DNA of 64,000 nt from Candidatus Azambacteria bacterium (GCA_003455995.1 DMPO01000001.1:14945-78944), one strand, 5' to 3'. Positions 48,132 to 59,159 are shown, numbered from the stretch's first letter. Numbers and translations: made by a program. The notes: a model not told the origin generated them from the letters alone.

Positions 48132-50930
48132 TTACCATTCAAACATCTCAACTATGTTTTCAATGGCGTTTTTAATGCGATCAATGATTCCCTGTCGTTC
48201 TTTGATTCGAGGCGCCTCCGGTAATAAATCGACAATATCTTGTCCGTTAGGCGGTTTTTGCGCGTACAGGTATTCACCGATCAGATGTTCAAACTTTTCA
48301 ATCGGGATATTTTCAGTTTGAGCGATAATCTTCAAACTCTCGGAACGTTCACTTGCCCAAAATTCACTAAACGCTTTTTCAACATCGTCTGACCTGCCAA
48401 TTTTGGGCAAATTTTCTTCAATGAATTTCTTGATTAAATCTTTCTTCTTACGAAGTTTGACATCCCTATCAAATAGACGCAAAATTTCTTCCGTTTTCTT
48501 TTTACGGACCACATCGGAGCTAATATTTTTAAGACCGGCAATGAGTTGGATAATATAGTCAAAGTTAATAATATCCCGAACGGTCAGTTCAATTTCAAAG
48601 TCAATTTGGTCCAAAATAGATTCAATTTCGCTATTATTATTTTTACGATCCTCATAAACATCCAAGTATTTGCTTTGATAATCATAAAATTCCTGCTCCG
48701 TTATTCCAATGTCATTAAAAGAAAATTCTGCGAATGTCTCGAGCGACGATTTGATACGAAGTAAATCACGAAATATCTTTACAAATTCCGCTTTTTCTTC
48801 TTCTCCTTGCAACCCATCGACACTAGAAACAGTCGGCACCTTTTCTCGTAATTCCGCCAGTTTATCTTCAAATTCTTTTTTCTGGACTTCATACGGTTTT
48901 TTAAACACAACATCTTTGGCGTTTTCATCACCAAAAAGCGCCAATGCTTTATCGGTTGCTTCTTTTAAGTTTCTAAATGAAACAATATTGCCGTGAGGTT
49001 TGTCAGAATTTAAAAGCCGATTTGTTCGTGAATATGCTTGAATCAATCCGTGATATCGCAAATTTTTATCCACATACAGCGTATTGAGCCGTGGACTATC
49101 AAACCCCGTCAAAAACATATTAACCACCAAAACGAGATCGACTTCCTTATTCTTTATTCTCTTCTGCAAATCCCGGTAATAATCATAGAAACGATCAGTT
49201 GAAAAGTTTGTTGAATATCGTTTGTTGTAATCCTTTATACAGTCCTCTAAGTAATCTCTTGAATGTTGATTGACAACTGCCCCCTCGTCGTCAAAGACAT
49301 CAACATCAAGTATGTCGGAGCTCTCGTCTTCGTTCGCTTTATAGGTAAAAATTGTCGCAATAGAAAAATCTTCCGCTTTCTTATCCTTGAGTAATTTATA
49401 ATACTTTTTTAATACCTCAATAGATGAAACGGCAAATAATGCATTAAACTTTCCCTGTTTTGTTTTTCGTTTCCAGTCCGCCAGTATATAATCCGTAATT
49501 TTATTCAACCGGTCGGCGCTTTCAAGCACTTCTTGGGTATTAATGCCTTCAATCATAACATCGGCAAAAATATCTGCGTCTAATGTATCCGGATCTTTTT
49601 GCGTGTATTTCCCAACATATTCAACAGCAAAACCAAGCACATTATTATCTGAAATCGCATCGGTAATAATATACTTATGCAAACATTCGCCAAAGACATC
49701 AACGGTCGTTACTCCTCCCACATTATTATCAGCAAAGATTGGCGTTCCGGTGAAGCCAAACAATTGAGCTTTTTTAAAGAATCCTTTTATCCGAGCATGT
49801 GTCTGCCCAAATTGACTTCTGTGACATTCATCAAAAATCACAACCACTTTTTCATTGGCTAAATATTCAAAATGCTTGAGATGAGATTCTCTCCCGATAG
49901 CGATATCAAGCTTTTGAATTGTAGTAACGATAAGTTTTCTATTTTTATCTTCAAGTTGCTTCACAAGACTATGCGTGTTATCAGTGCCATCCACCGCCCC
50001 TTCGGAAAAGGAGTTGAACTCTTTTGTTGTTTGAATATCCAAGTCCTTTCTATCCACCACAAAAAGCACCTTTTTAACTTCAGGCATTCGTGAAAGTACT
50101 TGACTTGTTTTGTATGAAGTTAATGTTTTGCCTGATCCTGTGGTGTGCCAAATATAGCCATTTTTATCAGATTCACGCACTCGGTCCTCAATCGCTCTTA
50201 CTGCATAATATTGATATGGGCGAAGGGTCATCGGGATTTGCGTTGCTTCAGCCAATACAATATATTCAGCAATCATTTCTGATAGAGCGCATTTTTCCAG
50301 AAATGCATCGGCAAACTCATCTATCTTGGTAATTTTTCTATTCTTCACATCCGTCCAGTAGAAAGTTTGTTCAAATGATTGTTTTGGATTATTTGAAAAA
50401 TATTTTGTATTTACTCCGTTTGAAATCACAAATATTTGGATATATTCAAACAGTGTTCCCGTAAATGAGTGTTTGTGATAGCGCTGGATTTGGTTAAAGG
50501 CCTCTTTGAGTTCCATACCTCGGCGCTTAAGTTCAATTTGCACCAATGGCAAGCCATTCACCAACAAAGTCACGTCATAGCGATTTTCATAGCGTCCGGC
50601 TTGAGTAATTTGCTGCGCAACTTGATATTCATTTTTGCACCACTGATCCATATTGAAAAACCGCACATAGAAAATGCTCTCATCATCACGAGTCAGGACA
50701 AGGCGATCACGCAAGGTCTTGGCTTTTTGAAAACGGTCGCTTTTGTTTATGTGATTCAATATGCGAATAAACTCATCATCAGAAAAAGTTGTTTGATTGA
50801 ATTTTTCAAGCTGTCCTCGCAGGTTCGCAACCATCGCAGCGGCGTCTTCCAAGACAACCGAAGAAAAACCCAACCGCCCAAGCTGTTCAATCAAGGTCTT
50901 TTCAAGTTGTTGCTCACTTTGGTGGGTCAT
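48132..50930 (-). CDS. hsdR: Type I restriction enzyme R subunit
   Basis: [37 protein letters not shown]. Confidence 0.97.
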   Translation of the reverse strand: MTHQSEQQLEKTLIEQLGRLGFSSVVLEDAAAMVANLRGQLEKFNQTTFSDDEFIRILNHINKSDRFQKAKTLRDRLVLTRDDESIFYVRFFNMDQWCKNEYQVAQQITQAGRYENRYDVTLLVNGLPLVQIELKRRGMELKEAFNQIQRYHKHSFTGTLFEYIQIFVISNGVNTKYFSNNPKQSFEQTFYWTDVKNRKITKIDEFADAFLEKCALSEMIAEYIVLAEATQIPMTLRPYQYYAVRAIEDRVRESDKNGYIWHTTGSGKTLTSYKTSQVLSRMPEVKKVLFVVDRKDLDIQTTKEFNSFSEGAVDGTDNTHSLVKQLEDKNRKLIVTTIQKLDIAIGRESHLKHFEYLANEKVVVIFDECHRSQFGQTHARIKGFFKKAQLFGFTGTPIFADNNVGGVTTVDVFGECLHKYIITDAISDNNVLGFAVEYVGKYTQKDPDTLDADIFADVMIEGINTQEVLESADRLNKITDYILADWKRKTKQGKFNALFAVSSIEVLKKYYKLLKDKKAEDFSIATIFTYKANEDESSDILDVDVFDDEGAVVNQHSRDYLEDCIKDYNKRYSTNFSTDRFYDYYRDLQKRIKNKEVDLVLVVNMFLTGFDSPRLNTLYVDKNLRYHGLIQAYSRTNRLLNSDKPHGNIVSFRNLKEATDKALALFGDENAKDVVFKKPYEVQKKEFEDKLAELREKVPTVSSVDGLQGEEEKAEFVKIFRDLLRIKSSLETFAEFSFNDIGITEQEFYDYQSKYLDVYEDRKNNNSEIESILDQIDFEIELTVRDIINFDYIIQLIAGLKNISSDVVRKKKTEEILRLFDRDVKLRKKKDLIKKFIEENLPKIGRSDDVEKAFSEFWASERSESLKIIAQTENIPIEKFEHLIGEYLYAQKPPNGQDIVDLLPEAPRIKERQGIIDRIKNAIENIVEMFEW

Positions 50931-50931
50931 A

Positions 50932-52758
50932 TTATTTTTTTATAAACGGTTGAATCGATCCATTAATAAAACTTTTCAACATAAGAGACCTTGGTGTTTT
51001 TTTGTTTTCAAACTTTTTTTCTATTTCTTTAATCCCACTTTTTAACCTTTTCTTTAATTTTTTGAGAAATGGGATTTCCTGCTCAATGCCATTTATTTGA
51101 GTCCTTAAATTTTCATACCTATCTTTAAAAGTTTTCTGTAATATATGTAACATAATTGGCCTACCTTTGATTAATATTTTTGCTATTTCTTCTACATCAA
51201 AATATTGAAAATAAGCATCTCCATTTCCTGTATTATGCAAAAAATTATAATTTATTAATAAATCTAAGCTCTGTTCAGTGTTTTTTTCTCCCTTTAAGAT
51301 AGGCATCAATTCGTTTTTAATCTTTTCTTTGATGAATATTTCTTTATGGCTCTTTATCTTTTCATTAATTAATTCAATCAATTTTCCCCACTCTTCATTT
51401 TCCATTCCAAAATATTCAAGCCCATAAGTACTTTTTCTCCAACTAAAACCCCACTCCTGTTCGCATAACTTTAAAGGAAATTTCTTTTCTTTAATTAATA
51501 ACTCGATGTATTCTTTGCCCTCTTTAAAAATATCTTTTTTGTCTTTCTTCAATAAACCTTCTTTAGAAAAATTCAAAAAAATTCCAAAAACATGTAACAC
51601 CACATAAAAATCATCATAGTCTCTATTTTCCCACTTTTTTTGTACATCTTTTAAGTTACTAAAAAAATCCTCATCGCTGTGATCATAGCGATGCCAAAGT
51701 TTTTGCCATGATTCTTTGTTTACACCAATAAGATTTTCAAAATTACCAACTAATTCTCCATTTTCTTTTTCTGATAAATTAATTCCTTGTAAAATTTTTC
51801 CTAATATATTCACATCAAAACAAGTGACCCAATGAGACAGTCCTTCGTCATATTTATCTAAAAAGTGGTCCTTATTTTTGTCATCTAATCCTTTAAAAAA
51901 TTGGGGATACTTTTTAAAAAAATCTTCACTTTTTATATTACCTCTCTTGTATTCAATAAAAATGACAACAAATTCATAGAACATTTTTTCAAACAATTCA
52001 ACATTTTCTTTTACCTTGCTTGAAAAACTTTTAAAGAAATACTCAAAGCTAGATAACGCTTGCTGTATTAATCTTAAATTATCATATTTAGACTGGGTAA
52101 AGATTTTTGAAAGTAATTTTTTTATATTTTCAGAATAATTTATTAAATCATCGCCCATCACCCCCTCGGTAAACAAAGTTATTGCCTCCTCCTGTGAAGG
52201 ATTAATGCAAAATTCTTTCCCAATCAATTTTTCTTTAATTTTTCTATATTTATCACCACTCTTAGACTCTAGAAGATCTTCTTCATTCGCAACTAAAATA
52301 ACCTTTTGATTTTTAAATTCAACGAAATTATTTATATACCCGAGTAATTTATCAATTTCAATATTACATCTTTCAAGATCATCAAAAACAAAAACACAGC
52401 CCTTACTTTTCTTTAAGAAAATATCCACCAACAACTCATCAGCGTCAGAAGGAACCCAGTCTCTAATTTTTGGTATTTTTTTAATGTTTCTGAGTATGCT
52501 ACTTGCAAAAATATTATATTTTTCTGGGACAAAAGGAATCAGTTCAATGATTATTTTTTCTTTTATCCCGTTAAAACTATCAACACCATACAAGCTAATA
52601 TGTAAAATCTTTTTTTCTTTTTTTATATCAATGTAGTTCTTAATAAAATAAGTTTTCCCGCAACCCCACTTTCCTTTTAATAAGACAGCAAATGGAAGAT
52701 TATTTTCGAAATCACAATAATAATCCAAATATTCTTCTATATGTTTGTTTATTATCAT
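50932..52758 (-). CDS. KAP-family P-loop NTPase
   Basis: GKWGCGKT Walker A, FVFDDLER Walker B, KEKLIG, NLR motifs. Confidence 0.85.
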   Translation of the reverse strand: MIINKHIEEYLDYYCDFENNLPFAVLLKGKWGCGKTYFIKNYIDIKKEKKILHISLYGVDSFNGIKEKIIIELIPFVPEKYNIFASSILRNIKKIPKIRDWVPSDADELLVDIFLKKSKGCVFVFDDLERCNIEIDKLLGYINNFVEFKNQKVILVANEEDLLESKSGDKYRKIKEKLIGKEFCINPSQEEAITLFTEGVMGDDLINYSENIKKLLSKIFTQSKYDNLRLIQQALSSFEYFFKSFSSKVKENVELFEKMFYEFVVIFIEYKRGNIKSEDFFKKYPQFFKGLDDKNKDHFLDKYDEGLSHWVTCFDVNILGKILQGINLSEKENGELVGNFENLIGVNKESWQKLWHRYDHSDEDFFSNLKDVQKKWENRDYDDFYVVLHVFGIFLNFSKEGLLKKDKKDIFKEGKEYIELLIKEKKFPLKLCEQEWGFSWRKSTYGLEYFGMENEEWGKLIELINEKIKSHKEIFIKEKIKNELMPILKGEKNTEQSLDLLINYNFLHNTGNGDAYFQYFDVEEIAKILIKGRPIMLHILQKTFKDRYENLRTQINGIEQEIPFLKKLKKRLKSGIKEIEKKFENKKTPRSLMLKSFINGSIQPFIKK

Positions 52759-52763
52759 TGTAT

Positions 52764-53984
52764 TTATACAAACAACCCCTGCATCAAGCCCCTTTTCCAT
52801 TGCTCGGCTTGGACGATTTGTTGTTGTTTTGATTCTATTATTTTATCTATTGAAGTTAAAAATCCCGCAATTTTTTGCTGTTCTAAGAATAAGGGGACCG
52901 GCACAAAAAAATTCTTTACAATTTTAGCATTCAAGTTTCCTTGCGTGCCGGTTTCAATGAAGCTATGCACTAACTTTTTATAAAAAAATAAATAATAATA
53001 TAAATATTCTAAATTAATAATTTTACTATTTGGTATTAAATTGATCATTGCCTGAGATGTTGCAAGAGGTATTTGGTTTATAGCAACAAACCCGACGCTT
53101 GCATACATTGAATATATGAGTGAACCCTTTGGCACAATCCATGCTGATGAATTTTTTAGACCCTCTTCACTTATACTTTTCTCAGTTTGCAATATATATT
53201 TTCCACTCTTTGTCATGTCGGCAATCGAAAGAAATGGGATACTGCCATCATAGTATTCTTTCTTTGTTGAGGTTGGCGTTCCTCCACTCTTTGCCTTATC
53301 ACAAATTTCCCCCAGTTTCTTCTCCTCCCACTTCGGGAACTCCTTTCCATCCTCATCCTTGAAACGGATTTCTTGTGCAAAGATTTTTTGCATCATTCCT
53401 TTTTTGTAAGATTCAAAAGATTCTTTTTGCGCCTGCAGATTTTCAATCCACGCATCCGTTGATCTTAAAAAATCAGAAATTTTTTGTTGCTCTGGAATGG
53501 ATGGAAAAATAACCGGGCATCTTAAAACTTCATCTTTTCTTAAGTTTGTTTGACTTACGCCATTATCAAATTTTAAAAAATATTTATTTCGATTTAATAT
53601 TCTAATCAAAAAGGGACTTACAATTTCTTTTGATTTAATTCCACCAATTCTTTGATTGAGTGTATAAGTATTATCCTCATTAACTAAAAAGCACTTACTT
53701 ATTGCCTTACCATTCGGAATATCACTCATAACAATAGCAATGTCGTCTTTTTTAAGTGAGGATATCTGTTTATCTGAATATTTTTTAACCTCGCCATTTT
53801 GTGAAATAAATTTTGAATTTACAACAATATATTTTCCATATTCTGAAATATCTTGCTCGTGAGCTTTTCCATTCCAAAATTTAGAAACCTCCCCCAACTT
53901 ATTCTCCTCCCACACACCAGAAAAACCTGGAAAGCGAAGTTTCGGTATTTTTTTAGTTTCTAATTGTACAGCTTTACTTGGCAT
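52764..53984 (-). CDS. hsdS: Type I RM specificity subunit
   Basis: PKLRF, two TRDs with EQQKI conserved regions. Confidence 0.96.
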   Translation of the reverse strand: MPSKAVQLETKKIPKLRFPGFSGVWEENKLGEVSKFWNGKAHEQDISEYGKYIVVNSKFISQNGEVKKYSDKQISSLKKDDIAIVMSDIPNGKAISKCFLVNEDNTYTLNQRIGGIKSKEIVSPFLIRILNRNKYFLKFDNGVSQTNLRKDEVLRCPVIFPSIPEQQKISDFLRSTDAWIENLQAQKESFESYKKGMMQKIFAQEIRFKDEDGKEFPKWEEKKLGEICDKAKSGGTPTSTKKEYYDGSIPFLSIADMTKSGKYILQTEKSISEEGLKNSSAWIVPKGSLIYSMYASVGFVAINQIPLATSQAMINLIPNSKIINLEYLYYYLFFYKKLVHSFIETGTQGNLNAKIVKNFFVPVPLFLEQQKIAGFLTSIDKIIESKQQQIVQAEQWKRGLMQGLFV

Positions 53985-53986
53985 AA

Positions 53987-55564
53987 CTAAAATGGTTTAT
54001 TGATTTTCAATTCATTGCAAAATTTTTCAATCTTGTTTTTCAGACCGAGCTCGTTTGCGTGCAATTCTTTCAACCTCTTTGAAACCTCTTTAATATCCAC
54101 TGCTACTTCTTCCTCAACTGTGTCCACATAGCGTGGGATATTTAGATTGTATTCATTTTCTTTGATTTCTTTTATGCTTGCTCTGTGTGAATATTTTTCT
54201 ATTTCTTTGCGACTTTTATAGGTATTAAAAATCTTCTCAATATTTTCATTGGTGAGTTTGTTTTTATTACCAATCTTTTCAAAGCCTTTGGAGGCATCTA
54301 TAAACAGAATGTCTTCATCATCTTTGCGACATTTTTTAAAAATAAGAACTGTTGCTGGAATAGCTGCCCCATAAAAAAGATTCGAAGGAAGTCCAATGAC
54401 TGCATCAAGATAATTTTGCTTTTCTATGATGTATTTTCTAATATGGCCTTCGGCGCCGGACCGGAAAAGCGCCCCATGAGGCAATACAATAGCCATAGTG
54501 CCATTATCGCCGAGGTGATAGAGCATATGAGTTACAAAGGCATAATCAGCTTTATTTTTTGGAGCTAATCGCCCATATTGAGAAAATCGATCATCATGCG
54601 CTAGTTGTGGGTCGCTATTGCCTTTCCACTTTGAGGAAAAAGGTGGATTGGCGACGATTGCCTCCGCCTTAAGGTCTGCGTGCATATCCTCTCTAAGGGT
54701 ATCGCCTTGGCGTATTGAAAAACGATCAAAGCGCACTCCGTGCAAAATCATATTCATTCGGGCAAGGTTGTAGGTCGTCGGGTTGAGCTCTTGTCCATAA
54801 TATTTTACAACTTCGGTAAATTCGCCAAGACGAAGTAAAAGCGAACCAGAACCACAAGTTGCGTCATATGCTGATTTGATGCGTTTTTTATCTACAGAAA
54901 CAATTTGAGCAAGCAAGCGTGATACTTGAGCAGGAGTATAGAACTCACCACCTTTTTTACCAGCGCCGGCAGCAAATTCTCCAATCAAATATTCATAAGC
55001 ATCGCCAAGAAGATCGCTTTTGGCGTCTTCAAGCTTAAAATCAATACCATTAAGCAATGTGAGCACTTCAACAACAACTTCATTCTTTTCACTCTCACGA
55101 GAACCAAGTTTCGTGGAAGTCAGGTCCACATCATCAAACAGTCCTTTGAAGTCATCCTCACTTGCGGTTCCTGCCGAGGTTTTTTCAATAGCATTAAGAA
55201 TATTTTTAAGATCCTCCAGAATAAAAGTTTTTTGATCTTTTATTTCACCTTTTCCCTTTTTGACTAAATATGAAAAAAGCTGTGACGGTCTTAAGAAAAA
55301 ACCAAGTTCATCAATGCAAGCCTTTTCTATATGCTTCAAATAGTCCTTCCCCTCCTTTGTGTTTTCTTTTATTTCAGCAAAAGTGATTTTTTCACGAGCA
55401 AGAAGTTTTTCATTTACATATCGCTCAAGTTTTTCAGAAAGATATTTATAAAAAATAAAGCCAAGAATATAGTTTTTATATTCATCGGCATTCATTTTGC
55501 CTCGCAGCACATTAGCCACGCCCCATAACTGTCTCTCTAATATCCTTTTTTGTTCTTCTGACAT
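53987..55564 (-). CDS. hsdM: Type I RM N6-adenine methyltransferase
   Basis: GEFYTP, D.TCGSGSLL, ANPPF, PHGALFR. Confidence 0.97.
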   Translation of the reverse strand: MSEEQKRILERQLWGVANVLRGKMNADEYKNYILGFIFYKYLSEKLERYVNEKLLAREKITFAEIKENTKEGKDYLKHIEKACIDELGFFLRPSQLFSYLVKKGKGEIKDQKTFILEDLKNILNAIEKTSAGTASEDDFKGLFDDVDLTSTKLGSRESEKNEVVVEVLTLLNGIDFKLEDAKSDLLGDAYEYLIGEFAAGAGKKGGEFYTPAQVSRLLAQIVSVDKKRIKSAYDATCGSGSLLLRLGEFTEVVKYYGQELNPTTYNLARMNMILHGVRFDRFSIRQGDTLREDMHADLKAEAIVANPPFSSKWKGNSDPQLAHDDRFSQYGRLAPKNKADYAFVTHMLYHLGDNGTMAIVLPHGALFRSGAEGHIRKYIIEKQNYLDAVIGLPSNLFYGAAIPATVLIFKKCRKDDEDILFIDASKGFEKIGNKNKLTNENIEKIFNTYKSRKEIEKYSHRASIKEIKENEYNLNIPRYVDTVEEEVAVDIKEVSKRLKELHANELGLKNKIEKFCNELKINKPF

Positions 55565-55568
55565 AAAA

Positions 55569-55751
55569 TTATTTTTGTTTGAGTAATTTTAATATATCAC
55601 CTCTTCTATACCGCCTGTCTTTCCTTGTACCATAGCGGATTGCCTTTAAAAACCCCGAATTATCCCATTTTCGCAGGGTATTTGGATGAAGAGCTAGAAT
55701 TGAGCAAGCTTCAGCCAGAGTTATAATTTGATCTTTTTTTGTGTCGGTCAT
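55569..55751 (-). CDS. MerR/excisionase-like HTH protein
   Basis: ITLAEACSILALHPNTLRKWD..G...DRRY. Confidence 0.85.
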   Translation of the reverse strand: MTDTKKDQIITLAEACSILALHPNTLRKWDNSGFLKAIRYGTRKDRRYRRGDILKLLKQK

Positions 55752-55804
55752 ATATAAATCGCTTACTTACCATCACTTTACACCATCCAATAATTGAAAT
55801 CAAT

Positions 55805-55842
55805 AAAAAACGGCGATCCCGTCTGTAGGACCGCCGTTTTTG
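55805..55842 (-). terminator. Intrinsic terminator after the ArdC/SymE-like operon
   Basis: AAAAAACGGCG...CGCCGTTTTT. Confidence 0.65.
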
Positions 55843-55849
55843 TGCGACA

Positions 55850-56407
55850 CTATCTTCTTAAGGATTGAATGGCTTCAGAGGCCTCACTTCTGGTGAGCCC
55901 ATCAACTTGTGATTCCCACCGGCTCTTTTCATCCTCGTCTGTAATATTCGTGTGTACAAGCTCAAGTAGATAGCTTTTCTGCCGGTCGGTTATAGAATCG
56001 TCTCGTTCAATCCCCGCCCCTTCATATACATTTTCAAGCCGCAAAATGTCTAAGCTCTTGCACGCTGAATTGGCTGCTGACATTAAAGCGCCGTTCAAAC
56101 AGGAGAAAATAATGCGCTCTATACCGCTATTGATTCTCGAGATAATCGATGAGCCGTGACCTATGCCCACAGGCCGGCCATCCTTGCTTAAGATGCATTG
56201 TACCGCAATAAGGCCAGGAGTCTTTAAGGTTGACAGGGTTCCAGTATCTTCGGAGAAAGTGGCGCTAAGATTATAGGTTCCACAAAGCTTTCTTACTTCC
56301 TGGCGGATTGGATGACTCTCGGACTGCGTGTCGAGCGTCTTCTCCATCGCCACCCTTACCGGATGTGGTTGAAAAGTAGCTATCGCCTGACTTTTGTAAT
56401 TGTTCAT
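55850..56407 (-). CDS. Hypothetical protein, weak resemblance to single-strand annealing proteins
   Basis: C-terminal ITDRQKSYL...LTRSEASEAI helical motif. Confidence 0.55.
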   Translation of the reverse strand: MNNYKSQAIATFQPHPVRVAMEKTLDTQSESHPIRQEVRKLCGTYNLSATFSEDTGTLSTLKTPGLIAVQCILSKDGRPVGIGHGSSIISRINSGIERIIFSCLNGALMSAANSACKSLDILRLENVYEGAGIERDDSITDRQKSYLLELVHTNITDEDEKSRWESQVDGLTRSEASEAIQSLRR

Positions 56408-56412
56408 GGTTT

Positions 56413-56610
56413 TTAGATTTTGTTAATTGTGATGAAATTGTCCGAATATTCGACCTCAACTTTACTGCCGACGGTAAACCCGGATTCGAGAAGGAACCTA
56501 TTAGCAATTCTAAGCATCGGCTTTTGCTTATCATCGCCGGGAGCCTCTAATATGGTCATTTCTCTTTTCGGACCATAACTTAATCTCATGATTAATTTAG
56601 CTTCGTTCAT
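56413..56610 (-). CDS. SymE-like (AbrB-fold) protein
   Basis: PMLRIANRFLLESGFTVGSKVEV pattern. Confidence 0.65.
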   Translation of the reverse strand: MNEAKLIMRLSYGPKREMTILEAPGDDKQKPMLRIANRFLLESGFTVGSKVEVEYSDNFITINKI

Positions 56611-56924
56611 AATTTTCGTTTTTCTACTTGTTTACAATAGAAAAGGCAAACACCTCTTTTGATTTTCTTAATAATGTTTCCTACTGGGTCTTTTACCTCG
56701 ACGAAAGTAATTGACCGAATGGCTTTTTCTCCCTTTTTTACTCGATACCCAAGCTTCCACCATTGGGCGAAAGTAAGGGCATTATTATACGGGTCATACT
56801 TCTTCACTTCTTCATGACCCCAGCGCTTTTCTATCTGTTTGGCTACCAGGTCATAGGTAACCGAAGACCCTGTATAGGGAGATATACGGGGAGGAACACT
56901 CATAATTTCATTTACACTTTGCAT
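56607..56924 (-). CDS. ArdC N-terminal-like ssDNA-binding protein
   Basis: LTFAQW..LGYRVKKGEKA motif. Confidence 0.75.
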   Translation of the reverse strand: MQSVNEIMSVPPRISPYTGSSVTYDLVAKQIEKRWGHEEVKKYDPYNNALTFAQWWKLGYRVKKGEKAIRSITFVEVKDPVGNIIKKIKRGVCLFYCKQVEKRKL

Positions 56925-57139
56925 ATACGGCTTGATTATCACTAACGCCAAAATACGCTCGACTAGGCATATTAATGAAGAATTTGGCTAATTAATTATT
57001 TTTCTTCATCAATAATCAAGTGGTGTGAATTAAGGTTTGGGGGGTGATTCGATAGTTTAAAATAGAGGCTATGGATGTTATAAAAGGGAACCCGGAGACG
57101 GTTTTTCTTGATGGGGGGGCATTTTTGGATTCTTTTTGG

Positions 57140-57400
57140 GCTTTAAAAATCAACTGGCCTAAAAATTTTTGCGCAGATTTTAGAAAAAAGAGGCACAGAT
57201 AAGCCAAAATAATATTTTCTCGCAGAGAAAATATTATTAAAGTCACGGCGTGACTTTATTGACTTTATTAATTTTAACTTTTTCTAATTTTTCAAACTTT
57301 CCTTAAAAATCACTTGGCCTAAAAAAATTTTGCGAAAAATTGAGGTTAAAGGGTGGGCAAGATAAAAAACACGGCTATAAAAGTCGTGTTTTGGCTTATT
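57140..57400. repeat. Direct and inverted repeat cluster (origin-like)
   Basis: TTAAAAATCA..TGGCCTAAAAA..TTTTGCG at ~57144 and ~57303; palindromes near 57208-57238, 57238-57259 and 57366-57392. Confidence 0.6.
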
Positions 57401-57499
57401 TATGCCAAATTGGTTGACTTCCGTAGAAATTTTTGACCTTTAGTATAATTTAATAAGAATCAAAGTTGTAATTCGATTTTGGTTCCTAACTTTTAAAAC

Positions 57500-57960
57500 A
57501 AATGGTGAGCGGCCGGAGATAATAAAGCCCGGTACGTTGCAAAGGCAGCAATGCCAATGCGGGGAGATACTGGCAGGGTGTGGGGGCGATCGTTAACCCG
57601 CCTGTTGGAGGCCATTAAAATAACGACTCTCTCTGATGCTCTCTAGACAGCATTCTAGAGTCCTTATGCGGACAGTGCCTGATACGAATCGGACATTGTC
57701 GACATGAGGTTCAGATAGGGATGCAAACGCCTACGTAGTCCAACAGGTGAGCGTGGGTATCGCATACCAAAGCGGCGGGGCCTGAGGCAAAACTAATTGG
57801 TTCGGTGGCTGTAATGCCATGCGGATGAGCTAGGGGTACCCTGTACGACAGTCTGCCTGACGTGTACACCGAGAGACAGCGGGATTATGTACACAGGACC
57901 AAATGACGTATCCAAATAGGACGGCATTCTCCCCCCTCTTGTCCAAATCGGTAGCAGGGT
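57500..57960 (+). ncRNA. Large structured RNA candidate (~460 nt)
   Basis: GC-rich ORF-free block within AT-rich DNA; multiple stems with G-U pairs on the plus strand; TATAAT at 57443-57448. Confidence 0.55.
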
Positions 57961-58007
57961 AATTCACAAATCAATAACTGAAGTTTTTAATAGTAATATT
58001 TAAATCA

Positions 58008-58553
58008 ATGAACAATCATTACATGATTGAAGAATGTTTTTTTATAACGCCGAGAAATGTCGGGGGAAGGTTTGGCCATGTTAGGAAGTTAGGAATCAAT
58101 GAGCTCGAAAACCGCAGTGATATTTCTTATTGGTTTGACGATATGTCTGAGCCAACATGCCTATTTGTCAGCGTAAATGGCAATGAGCCGCAGAAATTTG
58201 ATTGGGAGCCGGTTGATATTACTTTTGGAGAAACAGCCTATATTCGCTGTCATTGCGGTTATAGAGCAAGAAAACTGTATCTACCTCCTAATGGCAAAGA
58301 ATTTAAATGCCGGAAGTGTCATAAATTACAATATCAGCTCACCAAATTCAACCGCCACTCAATTGCGGGCAGGTCTCTATATAAAATGAATCGTCTTCAA
58401 AAACTCGCCGATAGCAGGGCGAATATAGGTAGAATTTTATACAATGGCAATTATACAAAAAAGTTCACACGATTTCTTGGATTGTGCGACCGGGCTGGCT
58501 TGGAAAGCATTGTGCGGGGTGCTAAAGATCTAAAAACACTAATGAATGGATAG
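58008..58553 (+). CDS. C4 zinc-finger hypothetical protein
   Basis: CHCGYRARKLY...FKCRKCHKLQY and a basic C-terminus. Confidence 0.75.
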   Translation: MNNHYMIEECFFITPRNVGGRFGHVRKLGINELENRSDISYWFDDMSEPTCLFVSVNGNEPQKFDWEPVDITFGETAYIRCHCGYRARKLYLPPNGKEFKCRKCHKLQYQLTKFNRHSIAGRSLYKMNRLQKLADSRANIGRILYNGNYTKKFTRFLGLCDRAGLESIVRGAKDLKTLMNG

Positions 58554-58709
58554 GTTATTTTAACGAAGTCAGAATATCCCCTATGTCTGTTTTAAGACAA
58601 ATTGTTCGCTACTGCCGTGGCCCCGTTAGGATAGAAGCCGGTTATTGTCTTAAATTGTATTCCTAAAGATGCTCAATTTTACCTTTTGGTACTGTAGTAT
58701 ACTAAGAAT

Positions 58710-58955
58710 ATGACTACAAAAGAAAACAAAATAAAGCTGGCGAGTATCATTTCGGTGTTTGTGCATGACGATATTGGCATTTTGGAAGCGTACACTGCAA
58801 CATCATGTTCATTTGTCGTCATTGAGGGTATCAGTTTTGGTTATCAATTCATTGAATCTGAAAATAGTGAAACTAATTTAAACAGGGCTTTTGACATTCT
58901 TTTTGACGAAACACTCAAGCGTTTAAAATCAAAGGGCATCCATTTGTCACTATAG
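58710..58955 (+). CDS. Hypothetical protein
   Basis: 81-aa ORF upstream of the HTH-recombinase pair. Confidence 0.45.
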   Translation: MTTKENKIKLASIISVFVHDDIGILEAYTATSCSFVVIEGISFGYQFIESENSETNLNRAFDILFDETLKRLKSKGIHLSL

Positions 58956-58978
58956 ACAATTAAGTATAAAATAAACAT

Positions 58979-59155
58979 ATGGAATTTTTTACAAGAAAAG
59001 AAGTCGCAGAATTTTTTAGAGTTAACCCTAGAACAGTGGAGCGTTGGTTGAGAAATGGAAAACTAAAGGGCTATAAACTTGGCGAAGGCAAGACAGCGCC
59101 ATGGCGCATCGATATGGTGGAAATAAAAAAGTTTTTAGCAAAGAATAAAGTATAA
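58979..59155 (+). CDS. Excisionase-like HTH protein (58 aa, absent from ORF track)
   Basis: MEFFTRKEVAEFFRVNPRTVERWLRNGKLKGYKLG...WRI; ends 4 nt before the recombinase ATG. Confidence 0.85.
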   Translation: MEFFTRKEVAEFFRVNPRTVERWLRNGKLKGYKLGEGKTAPWRIDMVEIKKFLAKNKV

Positions 59156-59159
59156 ACAT

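Noticed and set aside
57016-57246. 76-aa minus-strand ORF
   Set aside because: It lies over the repeat and palindrome cluster with no recognisable motif or RBS.
57500-57960. Group II or group I intron
   Set aside because: No domain V motif, no recognisable P/Q/R/S core, no interrupted host gene and no RT or homing endonuclease.
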